This document shows, one piece after another, positions 1-10,282 of a stretch of 21,696 bases of DNA. The position numbers and the translations under genes are program-made. The notes under the pieces were generated by a model that searched no databases, was not told the origin of the DNA, and saw only the letters and a list, made by a program, of their open reading frames with translations. Source of the DNA: Octopus sinensis. Lineage: Eukaryota. Position 1 is the stretch's first letter, and every line of letters begins with the position of its first letter. The DNA is taken from the NCBI RefSeq assembly GCF_006345805.1, contig NW_021823597.1, positions 1 to 21,696 on the forward strand. The letters run 5' to 3'.

Positions 1-24
1 TAATAATAATAATAATAATAATAA
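1..24 (+). repeat. (TAA)n microsatellite, truncated by window start
   Basis: taataataat... read directly. Confidence 0.95.
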
Positions 25-146
25 CGATAATTTCATAAGAAGTAAAACTGCTGTACCATGCCTATGCTAGTTCGCCATGAATAGACTGTATAGAATAGTG
101 AGGACACTTTAGGCTCGCAGATCACAACGAAATACATTATACATGC

Positions 147-185
147 ACACACACACACACACATACATACATACATACACATACG

Positions 186-247
<62 letters not shown>
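147..247 (+). repeat. Compound (CA)n/(CATA)n microsatellite abutting a SINE fragment
   Basis: Read directly. It occupies the same position relative to the SINE head as the CA tract inside the 8356-8830 copy. Confidence 0.95.
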
Positions 248-249
<2 letters not shown>

Positions 250-403
250 CACTATTCCACAGAGTTTCAATTTACAGAATTCATTTGCGAGACACCGGTT
301 ACCCCGGCTCTATTGTAGAAAATACTTGCACAAGATCTCTCATACTTGGACTGAAACCAAAAGCCCCATAGTTGCAAGGTAGACTTCCCAACCACATTGC
401 CGT
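246..403 (-). mobile_element. Degenerate 5' part (tRNA-like head plus core) of SINE family B
   Basis: Aligns by eye with 8673-8830, e.g. 'ctattgtagaaaatacttgcacaagatctctcatacttggactgaaacc' vs 'ttatagcagaggacccatgctcaaagtaccacgcagtggggctgaattt', and with 2221-2350. Confidence 0.65.
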
Positions 404-546
404 AATAGCTAAGAAACACTGCCTCGAAATGCACTACTGTCATGAAGAAATAAAATACTGAACAACGTAAGCCTCAATGATGTACGTTGTTGATTAAAGG
501 TCAGCTTAAACAAGGCTGAAGTTCAGCAAAAAAACAGACAGCAACA
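404..546 (-). repeat. Degenerate copy of dispersed repeat family C (orientation relative to the 8090-8305 copy)
   Basis: 'aatagctaagaaacactgcctcgaaatgcactactgtc' and 'aaaggtcagcttaaacaaggctgaag' are colinear with 12650-12690 and 12748-12780. Confidence 0.45.
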
Positions 547-908
547 ATTAACCCCTTCCAACAACAAGAACACCAAAAACAGAAGAGATTGATTTTAAAA
601 GTAGCTTAAAACTATGCATACTGAATTGCCATCATCTGCGAGGAGACAAAATTATAGCAGAAAGGTATAATGAACGCCAAAGGGCATCTGGCCTTTATTT
701 TATGTCGTGACGACTGTGCAACAAAGAAGTTAGTGGAAATAAAGACAGCTGTTGGTTCGTCTTTTCGACTTTTTTTTTTTTTCGTTTTTTTTTAATGACC
801 CACCGTTAACGACAAATATGAAATTTTTTACCCCCTACCACTATACCCTAACCTGAACCTTGCTAGCAGAACTAAACAATTGTCTGCACGAATGAGGGAG
901 TGAGGTAG

Positions 909-909
<1 letters not shown>

Positions 910-950
<41 letters not shown>

Positions 951-1135
951 GTGTGTGTGTATGTGTGTGTGAGTGTGTATGAGTGTGCACGTATCTATAA
1001 GTAGATGTGTGGTTGCTAGTATATATATATATATATATACAAGCATATACACATACATGGATTTTTATATATGTGCATATATATACATACATACAACATA
1101 CATACACACAGATACACATGCATACATACACATGT
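910..1135. repeat. Compound (TA)n/(TG)n/(CATA)n microsatellite block
   Basis: Read directly. Confidence 0.9.
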
Positions 1136-1400
1136 ATTTAATAGCAGCATATGCATATGTCATTTATAAGATCATATGCAGAACCGAGGTGAAACTGTAC
1201 TCCGCTGATCAGCAAAGGGAAATAATGAGAATCCCACCTGTTACCCCTTCATACATTAACCATAGAATAAAAGGATCCTTTTAAAGTTTAAAATTAATGT
1301 GACATTGTATTTAAGTGGTTCACGAAAACCATTGTGAAACCGTCTGAAGAAGGCGGCAAGGAATCCTAACCTTGAAGAATCATTGCAACCTTATATGCGC

Positions 1401-1415
1401 ATATATGTATGTATA

Positions 1416-1457
<42 letters not shown>

Positions 1458-1482
1458 ATGTGGTGTGTGTGTGTGTGTGTTA

Positions 1483-1526
<44 letters not shown>
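1401..1526. repeat. (TA)n-(TG)n-(TA)n compound microsatellite
   Basis: Read directly. Confidence 0.95.
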
Positions 1527-1531
<5 letters not shown>

Positions 1532-1758
1532 GAACAAAAGCGCAATAGAGGGCATTAAAACGTTCGGACTGTCGCCATGATAGATCGGTAGCCACTACAC
1601 AACACATTATTTTCTCTCCTTGTTTCTTTCTGTGGAAGAGCATAGGCTCGAAACGTAAAAGACTTTTTCCAATTCCCGAGCGTTATACAAATATATCTGT
1701 TTGTTTTCTACACCACCTGTCTTCGTCTTTTGTTTTTTTCGGGAATTCTCCCTATATA
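1527..1758 (+). mobile_element. Non-autonomous interspersed repeat carrying a hammerhead-like motif (possibly derived from a Penelope-like element)
   Basis: Complex sequence between TA-rich tracts, containing 'ctgtggaagagcataggctcgaaacgtaaaagac'. It resembles a common Octopus repeat as recalled; the Penelope link is inferred from the motif. Confidence 0.45.
1625..1662 (+). ncRNA. Minimal type I hammerhead-ribozyme-like motif with variant core (CUGUGGA plus an extra A)
   Basis: Stem I UCUUU(1625-29)/AAAGA(1658-62); core CUGUGGA-A (1630-37); stem II GAGC-auag-GCUC (1638-49); GAAA (1650-53); palindromic ACGU stem III; GUA triplet (1655-57). A6 is replaced by U. Confidence 0.4.
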
Positions 1759-1851
1759 CGTCCCTATATGTATATTTGCATATACATATGTGGATCTTTA
1801 TATTTGTATGTAAATGCGTGTGTATACACATTGATAGAAGTATATTCGTTT

Positions 1852-2191
1852 AAAGGGTAATGGGCAAAGACACTCTTCGGTCATGAATGACCATGGGATT
1901 ACACCTAGAAAGTTACTCTCCGAGGCACAAGTCCGGGCAAGGTTGTTTATGGAAGACCAGCAGTCGCCCATGCATATCAGCCTCCCTTTTCAACACCACC
2001 AATGTTAACCAAGGGGATGGCAAAAGCCTATACAGCTTGATACCAGTGACGTCGCAACACGTTTATACTGCCGCGTGAACTCGAACAACGTGAAATAAAG
2101 TGTCTTGCTCAAGAGAACAATACACAGCCCAGTCCGGGAATCGAATTCATTATTCCATTATTATGAACCCGACACTCTAACCAATGAACCA
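1852..2191 (-). mobile_element. Near full-length tRNA-derived SINE, family A
   Basis: On the minus strand: A-box-like TGGTTCATTGG (2191-2181), B-box-like ATTCGATTCC (2146-2137), body 'tgagcaagacactttatttcacgttg', tail 'ctttgcccattaccctt'. Colinear inverted homolog at 9229-9498. Confidence 0.85.
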
Positions 2192-2220
2192 ACCCTTTGA
2201 ATTTGCAGATACTATCAACT

Positions 2221-2350
2221 CCACGGACTTCTACACAGATTCCGTCTACTCAAATTCATATACCAATTTTGGTTCCACCCGAAGCTATGGTAAAAGGCAC
2301 TCGAACCCGATTCCTTGTGGCTGTGTAGTGAACTTCTAGCACTCCAACAC
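2221..2350 (-). mobile_element. Internally deleted 5' fragment of SINE family B
   Basis: 'ggacttctacacagattccgtctactcaaattcatataccaattttggttccacccgaagctatggtaaaaggcac' matches 8678-8750, then jumps to 'gaacccgattccttgtggctg...aacttct'. Confidence 0.6.
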
Positions 2351-4876
2351 TGTAATTGTCTATAGTAATCATAATCAACAGTATTATAATTATACATATG
2401 CTCACATACGTATATTTATATCTATACACGTATATTTAAGTTTAATTATATCTACATACACATAGTCATATATGTATGAGGAATGAGAATAGGTGTATTT
2501 TATGTGTATACACTTATATGTAGAAGCGTAGGTGAAATATCTCTCTTACACAGAGACATATAGTTTTAGAGATTGTTATAGATATAGACACTGGTGTATT
2601 TATCATTGTTGTTTTGATATTAGGTTGAGAGAGACAGTGAGATAATGCAGGAAAGAAGAACAGAAAGAATTAAGTAGTGTGTCGAGTATTTTCGTTATTC
2701 TGCCATTTTCTCGTCTTTGACCAATGGCAATCCCTTGTAAAGATGTAGCTTTGCTTCATTGGTCTGTGTCTACCACATAACAACTATGTGCTTCGGTATT
2801 CTGACGACTAACAGACATAATCAACTCAGTCACATTCCTTCTCTTCATCCATTTCATTCTTCTAATCATTTCCCGTCTCGGTTTAGTCTTCTATAGACAT
2901 CTCTCTGAGATCATCATCATACATCATTGGTACAAAGATGTGTTAGTGTGAAACGACCATGAAATCTATTAAATAATATTATAGAACGTGACTATGTGAT
3001 TAGAGTGGGGTGCACACGCGTGCATGTATGTGTTGCATATGTGTGTTTGTGTTTGTGCGTGTGTTTTTGCGTGTGCACGTGTTTGTGCACCGCCTAAATA
3101 GATGTATATGCAATTAAAATTTGGAAAGAGTGCCTGAGTTTACTTCTGTGCATATGTAAGTTCGATGTGTAAAATATCTACGTATCAGTATTGTGTAAAC
3201 ATATACATAAACATATACATATTCAAAACAATTATGTACACACACACATGTTTTTTATGTATGCTTGTATACATTATGTACATATGCACGCATGTGTTGC
3301 GTTATATAAGTCAACAAATAATAAAAGAACTCAATTTTCACGAAGTAGTAAAACAGTTAATTCATAAAAGGTATAACACAGCCACGTATACACTGGCAAT
3401 CATTTGTTATCTGCATAAGATGGGTACCTAAGATCTTAGATCCTTCACGAAGTCAATTTAACCATTCTTTAGTCTGAAGAATTTTAAAATCCCTCAAGAG
3501 GTTCTATGACACCAGATAGACCTTATCTGCATACATGAAACCACTGGTTGCTTACATACCTTTGGTTGTGCTATATTTACAATAAAATATACACACAGAC
3601 ACACACAGTACACAAAAAGAGTGCGTTTATAAGTATACATGTATATGTATGCGCATTATATATATGTATAGTGTCACCAGAGTACATAACATTCTGGAAC
3701 GTATCGAGAGTTACCATAAGCTATTTTGATAAACTTTCTAACATTATCTATAATCCACCGACATTTCTAACACAAAAAATGAAAGGCGAAGTAAAGAGGA
3801 GTCGATGCTTAGAAAAGAGTACGTATATTTATGACAATATAAGAGTAAAGTTGAATACTATTCTATTAATGTAAATGTCATGCCAAAACAGCAACCCTCA
3901 AATGGCACCTCAGTAACAAAAAGTATGTCAAGTGTTATGGCTATATCTGCCAGCGTTCGGTGATGATTGTGGCGCACAGTAAGCAACCGGCTGGACTTCT
4001 CACTTGAGTCCAATGTTGAGATATTAAAGTAAACAAGGGAATTATATGCTGGTTAAGAGTGAGTTATGGTGTAGCACGGTGAATAACGAATATTAAGTTA
4101 ACAGAGGAAATTATACAAAACTTAAGCAGTAAATAAAAACTTTGCAATTGTATAAGTTTTCTTCGACCAAATATTACATTGATATGAAAGCGGACGACTT
4201 AAAAATTGTTACATGATCCAGAATAAAGTCAAGACAAATGCAGCCGCCCTCTGTAGTTATGAACGGAAACTGAAAGATAATGGTACGGATAATTCTAACA
4301 ATAACTGGACTGTTGTGAATTATAGGACGTCTTGCGTAAAGTTATCCTTCCACTGTAAATTATGAACACAGGGAAATAGTATATCTCAGTTAATTCGACT
4401 AATTAAACCAACTATTTAAATGAATGGTCTCAGATTTTCTGAAAGTTGCACTGCAAAGTAAATTTTATTTAGTAAATTATAACGGAGTAATTCATGCAAT
4501 TAACTCACAGATCGCCACCGGAAGTATTACAACATGTCGGATGTTTAAAATAAGATCAGCCGAGATGCTGCATTAACACTTTTGCAACGTTGGATTTCTT
4601 TGATAATATACCATTTGATATTCAGAGTCCTGCATCAATTTCCTTTCTAAAATAACATTTTTGATATGTAGTATTAACATAGCAATAACACGGCAATAAT
4701 TGTCCATTTCTTTTCTTATCTATTTGGTAGCTGGTTAGCATTTTTATATCGTTATTTACTGTTTTTTATTGTTTTCATCTGGGGTTAAGGAACAATCTTT
4801 AATGTTAGATGAAAAGCATGCAAACGAAGATCAAATCTTTTCCTTCAATTTATCTTGCAAAACATCAACAACGTAA

Positions 4877-4877
<1 letters not shown>

Positions 4878-4936
<59 letters not shown>
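4878..4936. repeat. (TA)n(TG)n microsatellite
   Basis: Read directly. Confidence 0.95.
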
Positions 4937-4939
<3 letters not shown>

Positions 4940-5139
4940 GTATTTATGGATATATATACTCGTGAGGTGCACCACGTACATTCACACGCGCATACACATA
5001 TGCAGAGACTGAATTATTTTACGTATTACATATACATGTATGTGCATGAATATTTATCTGTCTGTCTGTCCGTTTGCCTATCTATTAATCTGAGTATGTA
5101 TGTCAGTACGCGCATCCAAGTGTATATGCATGTGAATTT

Positions 5140-5263
5140 GTGTGTGTGTGTGTGTATATATCTATATATATATATATGTGTGTGCTTGCGTAAGCATACA
5201 CATATGTATATATGTCGTATTAACGTGTGTGTGTATATATATATTTATTTATTTACACACACA

Positions 5264-5298
<35 letters not shown>

Positions 5299-5344
5299 GT
5301 GTGTGTATATTCATACACAAACATATGTATGTGTGTATGCATGC

Positions 5345-5376
<32 letters not shown>

Positions 5377-5420
5377 ATTTTTGTTTGTATGCGTTTACAG
5401 ATGTATACATATATATGTGG
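5140..5420. repeat. Compound (TG)n/(TA)n/(CA)n microsatellite block
   Basis: Read directly. Confidence 0.9.
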
Positions 5421-5694
5421 TAAAGTTTTGTGGTGATTGTGTTGGACGCTCAACATAAGTGACCATTGTTACTGGATATGATGATGCCCAAGAACCTGTG
5501 GAGATATTATGGAAAATTGACAGCAGGATATTTCAACAGTAGATTTTTGTACTGTGGGGAAAAAGCGTACAATATCAGTTGACTGGTGAACTGCCATCAC
5601 TTCTGATCATATTATTGAAGGTTGAATTCAAGTTCAAACAAACGCCAATATGTCCACTGAAATCAACGGTAGTTTTATTTGGTCAGCTAATCAG

Positions 5695-5708
5695 TGATTG
5701 GCCAATGA
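5695..5708. promoter_or_regulatory. Back-to-back CCAAT boxes (TGATTGGCCAATGA), candidate NF-Y site
   Basis: GGCCAATGA on + and GGCCAATCA on -, both matching RRCCAATSR, within a non-repetitive island. Motif match only. Confidence 0.3.
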
Positions 5709-5852
5709 AAGCTCGAGGAAGAGGCGGATAGAAGGATAAACTGGTGAGACAAAGGAAAGTAGGAAATGGTAATGTCACAGGATTGTTGGATTTTGTGTGC
5801 AGCTCTTGACTTCGGCTTTTTCCTTTTATAGTTCTTACCGCCTAAGTCAAAC

Positions 5853-5972
5853 TTTCTTTCTTTCTTCCTTCCTTTCTTTCGTTCTTCCTTTCTTTCTTTC
5901 TCATATACGTACATTCACACACGCACACGCATAAAACACACACACACACACACACACACATGCACACACACA
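5853..5972 (+). repeat. (TTTC/TTCC)n followed by (CA)n
   Basis: Read directly. Confidence 0.9.
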
Positions 5973-6109
5973 AGGTTTGTTTCTCAGTCTCTCAATCATC
6001 TCTTCAACTTCCCTTTCTTTATCTGTTTGTCTCTCCTCCTCCAGCTCTAGTGACTGTTTAGTTCTCTCTCTCTCTCTCCCTCTCCCTCTCCTAGATTTTC
6101 TATCAGCTT

Positions 6110-6110
6110 C

Positions 6111-6151
<41 letters not shown>

Positions 6152-6152
6152 A

Positions 6153-6187
<35 letters not shown>

Positions 6188-6188
6188 C

Positions 6189-6238
<50 letters not shown>

Positions 6239-6243
6239 GTCTG

Positions 6244-6288
<45 letters not shown>

Positions 6289-6296
6289 TTATTATC

Positions 6297-6340
<44 letters not shown>

Positions 6341-6412
6341 ATCTATCTATATTTATCTATCTATTATATCTATTACTATTTATCTATTTATCTCTATCTA
6401 TCTATCTATCTC

Positions 6413-6444
<32 letters not shown>

Positions 6445-6482
6445 GCTATCTATCTATCTATCTATCACTATCTATCTATCTA
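6110..6482 (+). repeat. Long (TATC)n [GATA] tetranucleotide array, about 370 bp
   Basis: Read directly; source of the LSIY-repeat ORF. Confidence 0.97.
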
Positions 6483-6589
6483 TTTCTTTCTTTACCTTTA
6501 TTTGTTTCTTCCCTTCATTCAACCACTTCATTCCCTCTAGCTATCAATATCTTTCTCTTTCATTTTCATTTTCCACACAAATACCTCTT

Positions 6590-6741
6590 GTTCATTCATT
6601 CATTCATTCACTCACTCACTCACTCACTCATTCATTCATCCATCCTTTAGTCTTTCTTCTTCCTTCCATTCTTTTTCTCTATCTAAAACAAATAAATAAA
6701 TAGACAAACAAATAAATAAATAAAAACATAAATAAATAAAA
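6590..6741 (+). repeat. (TTCA)n(CTCA)n and (AAAT)n tetranucleotide arrays
   Basis: Read directly. Confidence 0.9.
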
Positions 6742-6944
6742 GCAACTATTTCTCTCCCGTTACCCGATCAGCTTAAATCTCTTTGTGAACAAAAGAGACT
6801 GGCATGGGTGTAAGGTTGTGGTGGAGGGGGTAGGTTGGTGGGTGGTATTAGATGAGTGTTGGAAGTGACATCGAGTAATCTGACAAGTTGGAGATATCTT
6901 CCCAGTGTTCTGGAAGTACATTCATTGCTTTAATCTCCATCACT

Positions 6945-7200
6945 CTGTCTCTCTAACCCTGCTCTCTCCTTTCTCTCCTTCCTCTCCTTTTCTCTCTCTC
7001 TCTCTTTCACATATGTGTACACACACATACGCACACTTATATATGTATATGTATATATATATATATAATATATATACATATATAATATATATATAATATA
7101 TATACATATATATACATACATATATATATATATATTATATATATATATATATATATTCGTATATATATATATGTATGTATATAATCACTTATATATGTGC
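6945..7200. repeat. CT-rich tract followed by long (TA)n array
   Basis: Read directly. Confidence 0.9.
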
Positions 7201-7369
7201 GTATGAATAGGTGTGTTTATGTGTGCGTATTGATCAACTGATCATCTGAAACTTTCTTGGAATTCTTTCTCTCCCTTTGCCCTTCTCCCCTCCCGCCCTC
7301 TATCTCTTTTTCACTCTTTCTGCCTACACACCTATTTGCTCAATGAGTGCATCTAACTATAGTTTGTGA

Positions 7370-7409
7370 CGTGTGTATGTGTATGCACACATATATACTA
7401 TATGTGTGC

Positions 7410-7443
<34 letters not shown>

Positions 7444-7555
7444 TATATATATATATAGACTTCTTGTCTTTTTTCACATTCGAGCTCCACATCTATAAAC
7501 ACACACACACATACACGCATACAAATATACATACACACAAATACACGCACTCACA
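7370..7555. repeat. Compound (TG)/(TA)/(CA) microsatellites
   Basis: Read directly. Confidence 0.85.
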
Positions 7556-8053
7556 TCTATGATGTCTTAATAAACCAATCATTTGATACATCGTCTCTCT
7601 CTCCTTATCCGTTTCTCTTCCTCAGTCTAATACTACCTTTCTGTCTGTCTCTCTTTCTTTCTCTCCTCCTCTCTCTGTCGCATGCACCTCTCTATATATG
7701 TAAAATCTTCAGAAAATATCTCTCAAGTACTCCACTTCACTTATTTGTTCTTCTTTTAGTATGCCTAACCGTCTCTCTATCTCTTTTCTCCTACCACACT
7801 CTGGTTTTCTCCTTTTTTTGCCTACTCCTCACACACGTTGGACGTATAACGTATACCATACTGTCTTTACAAGGTTTTAAGGTCAGGTTCATCTGTTCAA
7901 ATTCCGAATCTGAAGCGGTGTATGCATTCTTGAGATCGAGTTTGTAGATATTGACTTCTTATTCGTGCTCAACATCCATTCATATTTTGAATGAGCTGGG
8001 CTAAATCTTGCACTGTGTTGAGCTGTCGTTTCTGTCTTTTTGCTTTTGTTTTT

Positions 8054-8087
8054 ATTTTGCCCATTCATAGATTTTGCCCATGCATAG
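8054..8087 (+). repeat. 17-bp tandem duplication (one mismatch)
   Basis: attttgcccattcatag (8054-8070) / attttgcccatgcatag (8071-8087). Confidence 0.9.
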
Positions 8088-8089
8088 AT

Positions 8090-8305
8090 GGGCAGATCTA
8101 TGATAAAAGGTGTTCATAATATGATTATCACGTCCTAGTTTAACTTTTTATTGTTTTTCTTCCCTTTATTCATACATAGTAAATCTAGAACTATGTGGCC
8201 CAATATATCCTTCCTTTAAAAAGACCACAGAGTGTGATTTTAAGGAGTTTAGGGAGATTTGACTGTTAATCCTAATCAGTCAATCAACCGAGTAGGGACT
8301 GTCTT
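8090..8305 (+). repeat. Dispersed repeat family C copy (SINE-like, class uncertain)
   Basis: AGGGAGATTTGACT (8251-8264) is the exact reverse complement of 12657-12670. 'gggcagatctatgataaaaggtgttc' matches the reverse complement of 12728-12758 and 'gagcagatc' near 13125. Confidence 0.6.
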
Positions 8306-8355
8306 CCTTTCTTTCTCAGTGGCTCTTTTATTTTTTCTCTTTTTTAAAAAAAATA

Positions 8356-8830
8356 TTTTATACTCGTTTCAGTCATAAGACTGTTGCCATGCTTGAGCAT
8401 CGACTTGAAAGTGTAAGTCGAATTAGGCGATTCCAGTACTTATGTTTTATAAGCCGAGTACTTATTTTATCAGTAATGTTTTTGCCGAACCGCTAAGTTA
8501 GCGGAAACGTAAACAAACACTGGTTTTCAAGAGTATCTGGGAGACAAACACTGACACAAAAAATACACACAGAGCTACACATACATATAGTCAAATACAC
8601 ACACACACACATAGATACAGACACGAATACAAACACACACATATACATGTGTGTGTCTGTGTGCGCGTGTACACGATGGACTTCTTAGGTTTCCCTCTGC
8701 TACATCCACTCACAATGCTTTGGTCTGTCTGTGTTTATAGCAGAGGACCCATGCTCAAAGTACCACGCAGTGGGGCTGAATTTAGAACCATGGGCTTGGG
8801 AACCAAGATTCTTACTGCACAGCTACGCTT
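8356..8830 (-). mobile_element. Near full-length tRNA-derived SINE family B with internal CA/TG tract (CORE-SINE-like; may be a composite of two units)
   Basis: Minus strand starts 'gcgtagctgtgcagtaagaatcttggttcccaagcccatggttctaaattcagcccc' (degenerate A/B boxes), then 'ggtactttgagcatg'. Head copies at 246-403 and 2221-2350; segment 8356-8445 matches 20080-20160 inverted. Confidence 0.75.
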
Positions 8831-9012
8831 GTTGAGTAGATACGAATTATGCACACTCAAGATTCATGCTTTGATTACACCTCTGATTTCAATTCTTTTT
8901 TTTATTTAAAAAGCCGAGACCGAGACGTGATTTCAATATATTTATCAGTTGAAAATGATATTCCGCTTACGTCACTTAACCTTCTTTACAAAATAATGGG
9001 AGATATCACACT

Positions 9013-9066
9013 GACTCGACCCCAAATAGACTTGACCATAAATAAACTCGATAACAAATAGACTCG
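9013..9066 (+). repeat. 16-bp-unit minisatellite, about 3.4 copies
   Basis: gactcgaccccaaata / gacttgaccataaata / aactcgataacaaata / gactcg. Confidence 0.85.
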
Positions 9067-9228
9067 TACTTTGATAGCAAAATAAATGTTAGCCTTCTGC
9101 GAAGGTATTAAATTTACACAGATGATCTTTTCATCATATAACTTCAGATCAATGTGCTAATGATTTTACCTATCATAGGAATGATACAATTAGTAGTAAT
9201 ACAGTGGTGAACATTCAATTACTTAATC

Positions 9229-9498
9229 CGCACATGGCTCAGTGGTTAGAGCATCATGTAGTTGTGTTGTGTTCCTGAGCAAGACACTTTATTTCACGTT
9301 GCTCCAGTTCACTCAACTGTTGAAATGAGTTGCAACATCGATGGTGCGAAGTTGTATTGATATTTGCCTTCTCCTTGGATAACAACAGTAGTGTGGAGAC
9401 GGGAGGCTGGATTTCCGGACTTGCACCTCGGAGGGTTCACTTTCTAGATGCAATTTCATGATCATTCATGACTGAAGGGGGTCTTTACATTTTTACCC
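9229..9498 (+). mobile_element. SINE family A copy with two internal deletions (B-box region and about 40 bp of the body)
   Basis: Canonical A-box TGGCTCAGTGG (9235-9245), 'tgagcaagacactttatttcacgttg', tail 'gtctttacatttttaccc'. Colinear with the reverse complement of 1852-2191. Confidence 0.85.
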
Positions 9499-9526
9499 TA
9501 CTAGTTAGCGAAAAATTAACATTGGA

Positions 9527-9638
9527 TGCAACCATACTCCTTAGGGATAAAGAAAATGGAGAAAGGCAAGTGTTTTACTCTTCAATACTATTTATTGTTC
9601 AAATTGTCCTTGAATCATTTAATTAAAAAAAGGTTCCA
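9527..9638 (+). repeat. Left arm of a 112-bp inverted repeat (TIR-like)
   Basis: Ungapped hand alignment to the reverse complement of 12878-12989 gives 10 mismatches in 112 bp. Confidence 0.92.
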
Positions 9639-9782
9639 AAATTCCTACCAGTAATATATTGTGGTTTAGATTTAATTGATTATGTCTCTGATAAAAGGCT
9701 GATGTTTTACTCAGTCAAAATAAATCAATATCTTCATGTAAGTCGATGTGAACTGACAAACAACAATTATCCACTTTTAACC

Positions 9783-10231
9783 TCCCTCTCACTCTCTCTC
9801 TCTTTCTCTCTCTCTCTCTCCCCTCTCTATCTCTCTTCCTTTCCACAAAACACTCTCTACATCTGTATTTCTCTCTGTGTCTCACCCTCTCCAGGTTTCT
9901 TCGAAGCTCTCTTATGTTACATCTCAATATACTTTCTTTCTGTTCTTCTCTCTCTCTTTCTCTCTCTACTCAGTCTTTGTTTCCCATATACACTCTCTCT
10001 CTATCTCTCTATCTCTCTATCTCTCTCTATTTGCTTCTCTGTCTTCTTTCCCTTCCTATCTCTTTCTCTCACTCTGACCTTACCAAGCTATACGTCGACA
10101 CTTATCTTCTGCCGACACGACCGGTTTGTTTAACAGCTCAGCTGGTTCGCCAACTTTCCCTTGGACTTGACAGCAAATTTTCAGTTATTGATTGTAGCAT
10201 TTGCAGCTTAGCTTTATCTCTCTCCCTCTCC

Positions 10232-10282
<51 letters not shown>

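Noticed and set aside
829-860. Telomere-like CCCTAA
   Set aside because: Only one exact unit; not an array.
1336-1380. CTGAAGA followed by AGG...CCTTGAAG as a hammerhead
   Set aside because: GAAG instead of GAAA, and no stem III/NUH/stem I in register.
1887-2078. 63-aa ORF with non-repetitive composition
   Set aside because: Lies antisense within SINE family A, and the second copy has deletions across it.
2130-2191. tRNA gene
   Set aside because: A/B-box-like motifs are present, but there is no cloverleaf or acceptor stem and the sequence continues into a SINE body.
2765-2820. GTC...hairpin...CTGACGA as a type III hammerhead
   Set aside because: No stem II and no GAAA box.
3428-3439. 12-bp palindrome CTAAGATCTTAG
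   Set aside because: Palindromes of this length are expected by chance in 21 kb of AT-rich DNA.
8065-8103. pre-miRNA
   Set aside because: Hairpin is only 39 nt and cannot be extended; too short for a canonical precursor.
9013-9066. CRISPR-like repeat-spacer array
   Set aside because: Units are 16 bp with 4-nt variable parts, the context is eukaryotic, and there are no cas genes.
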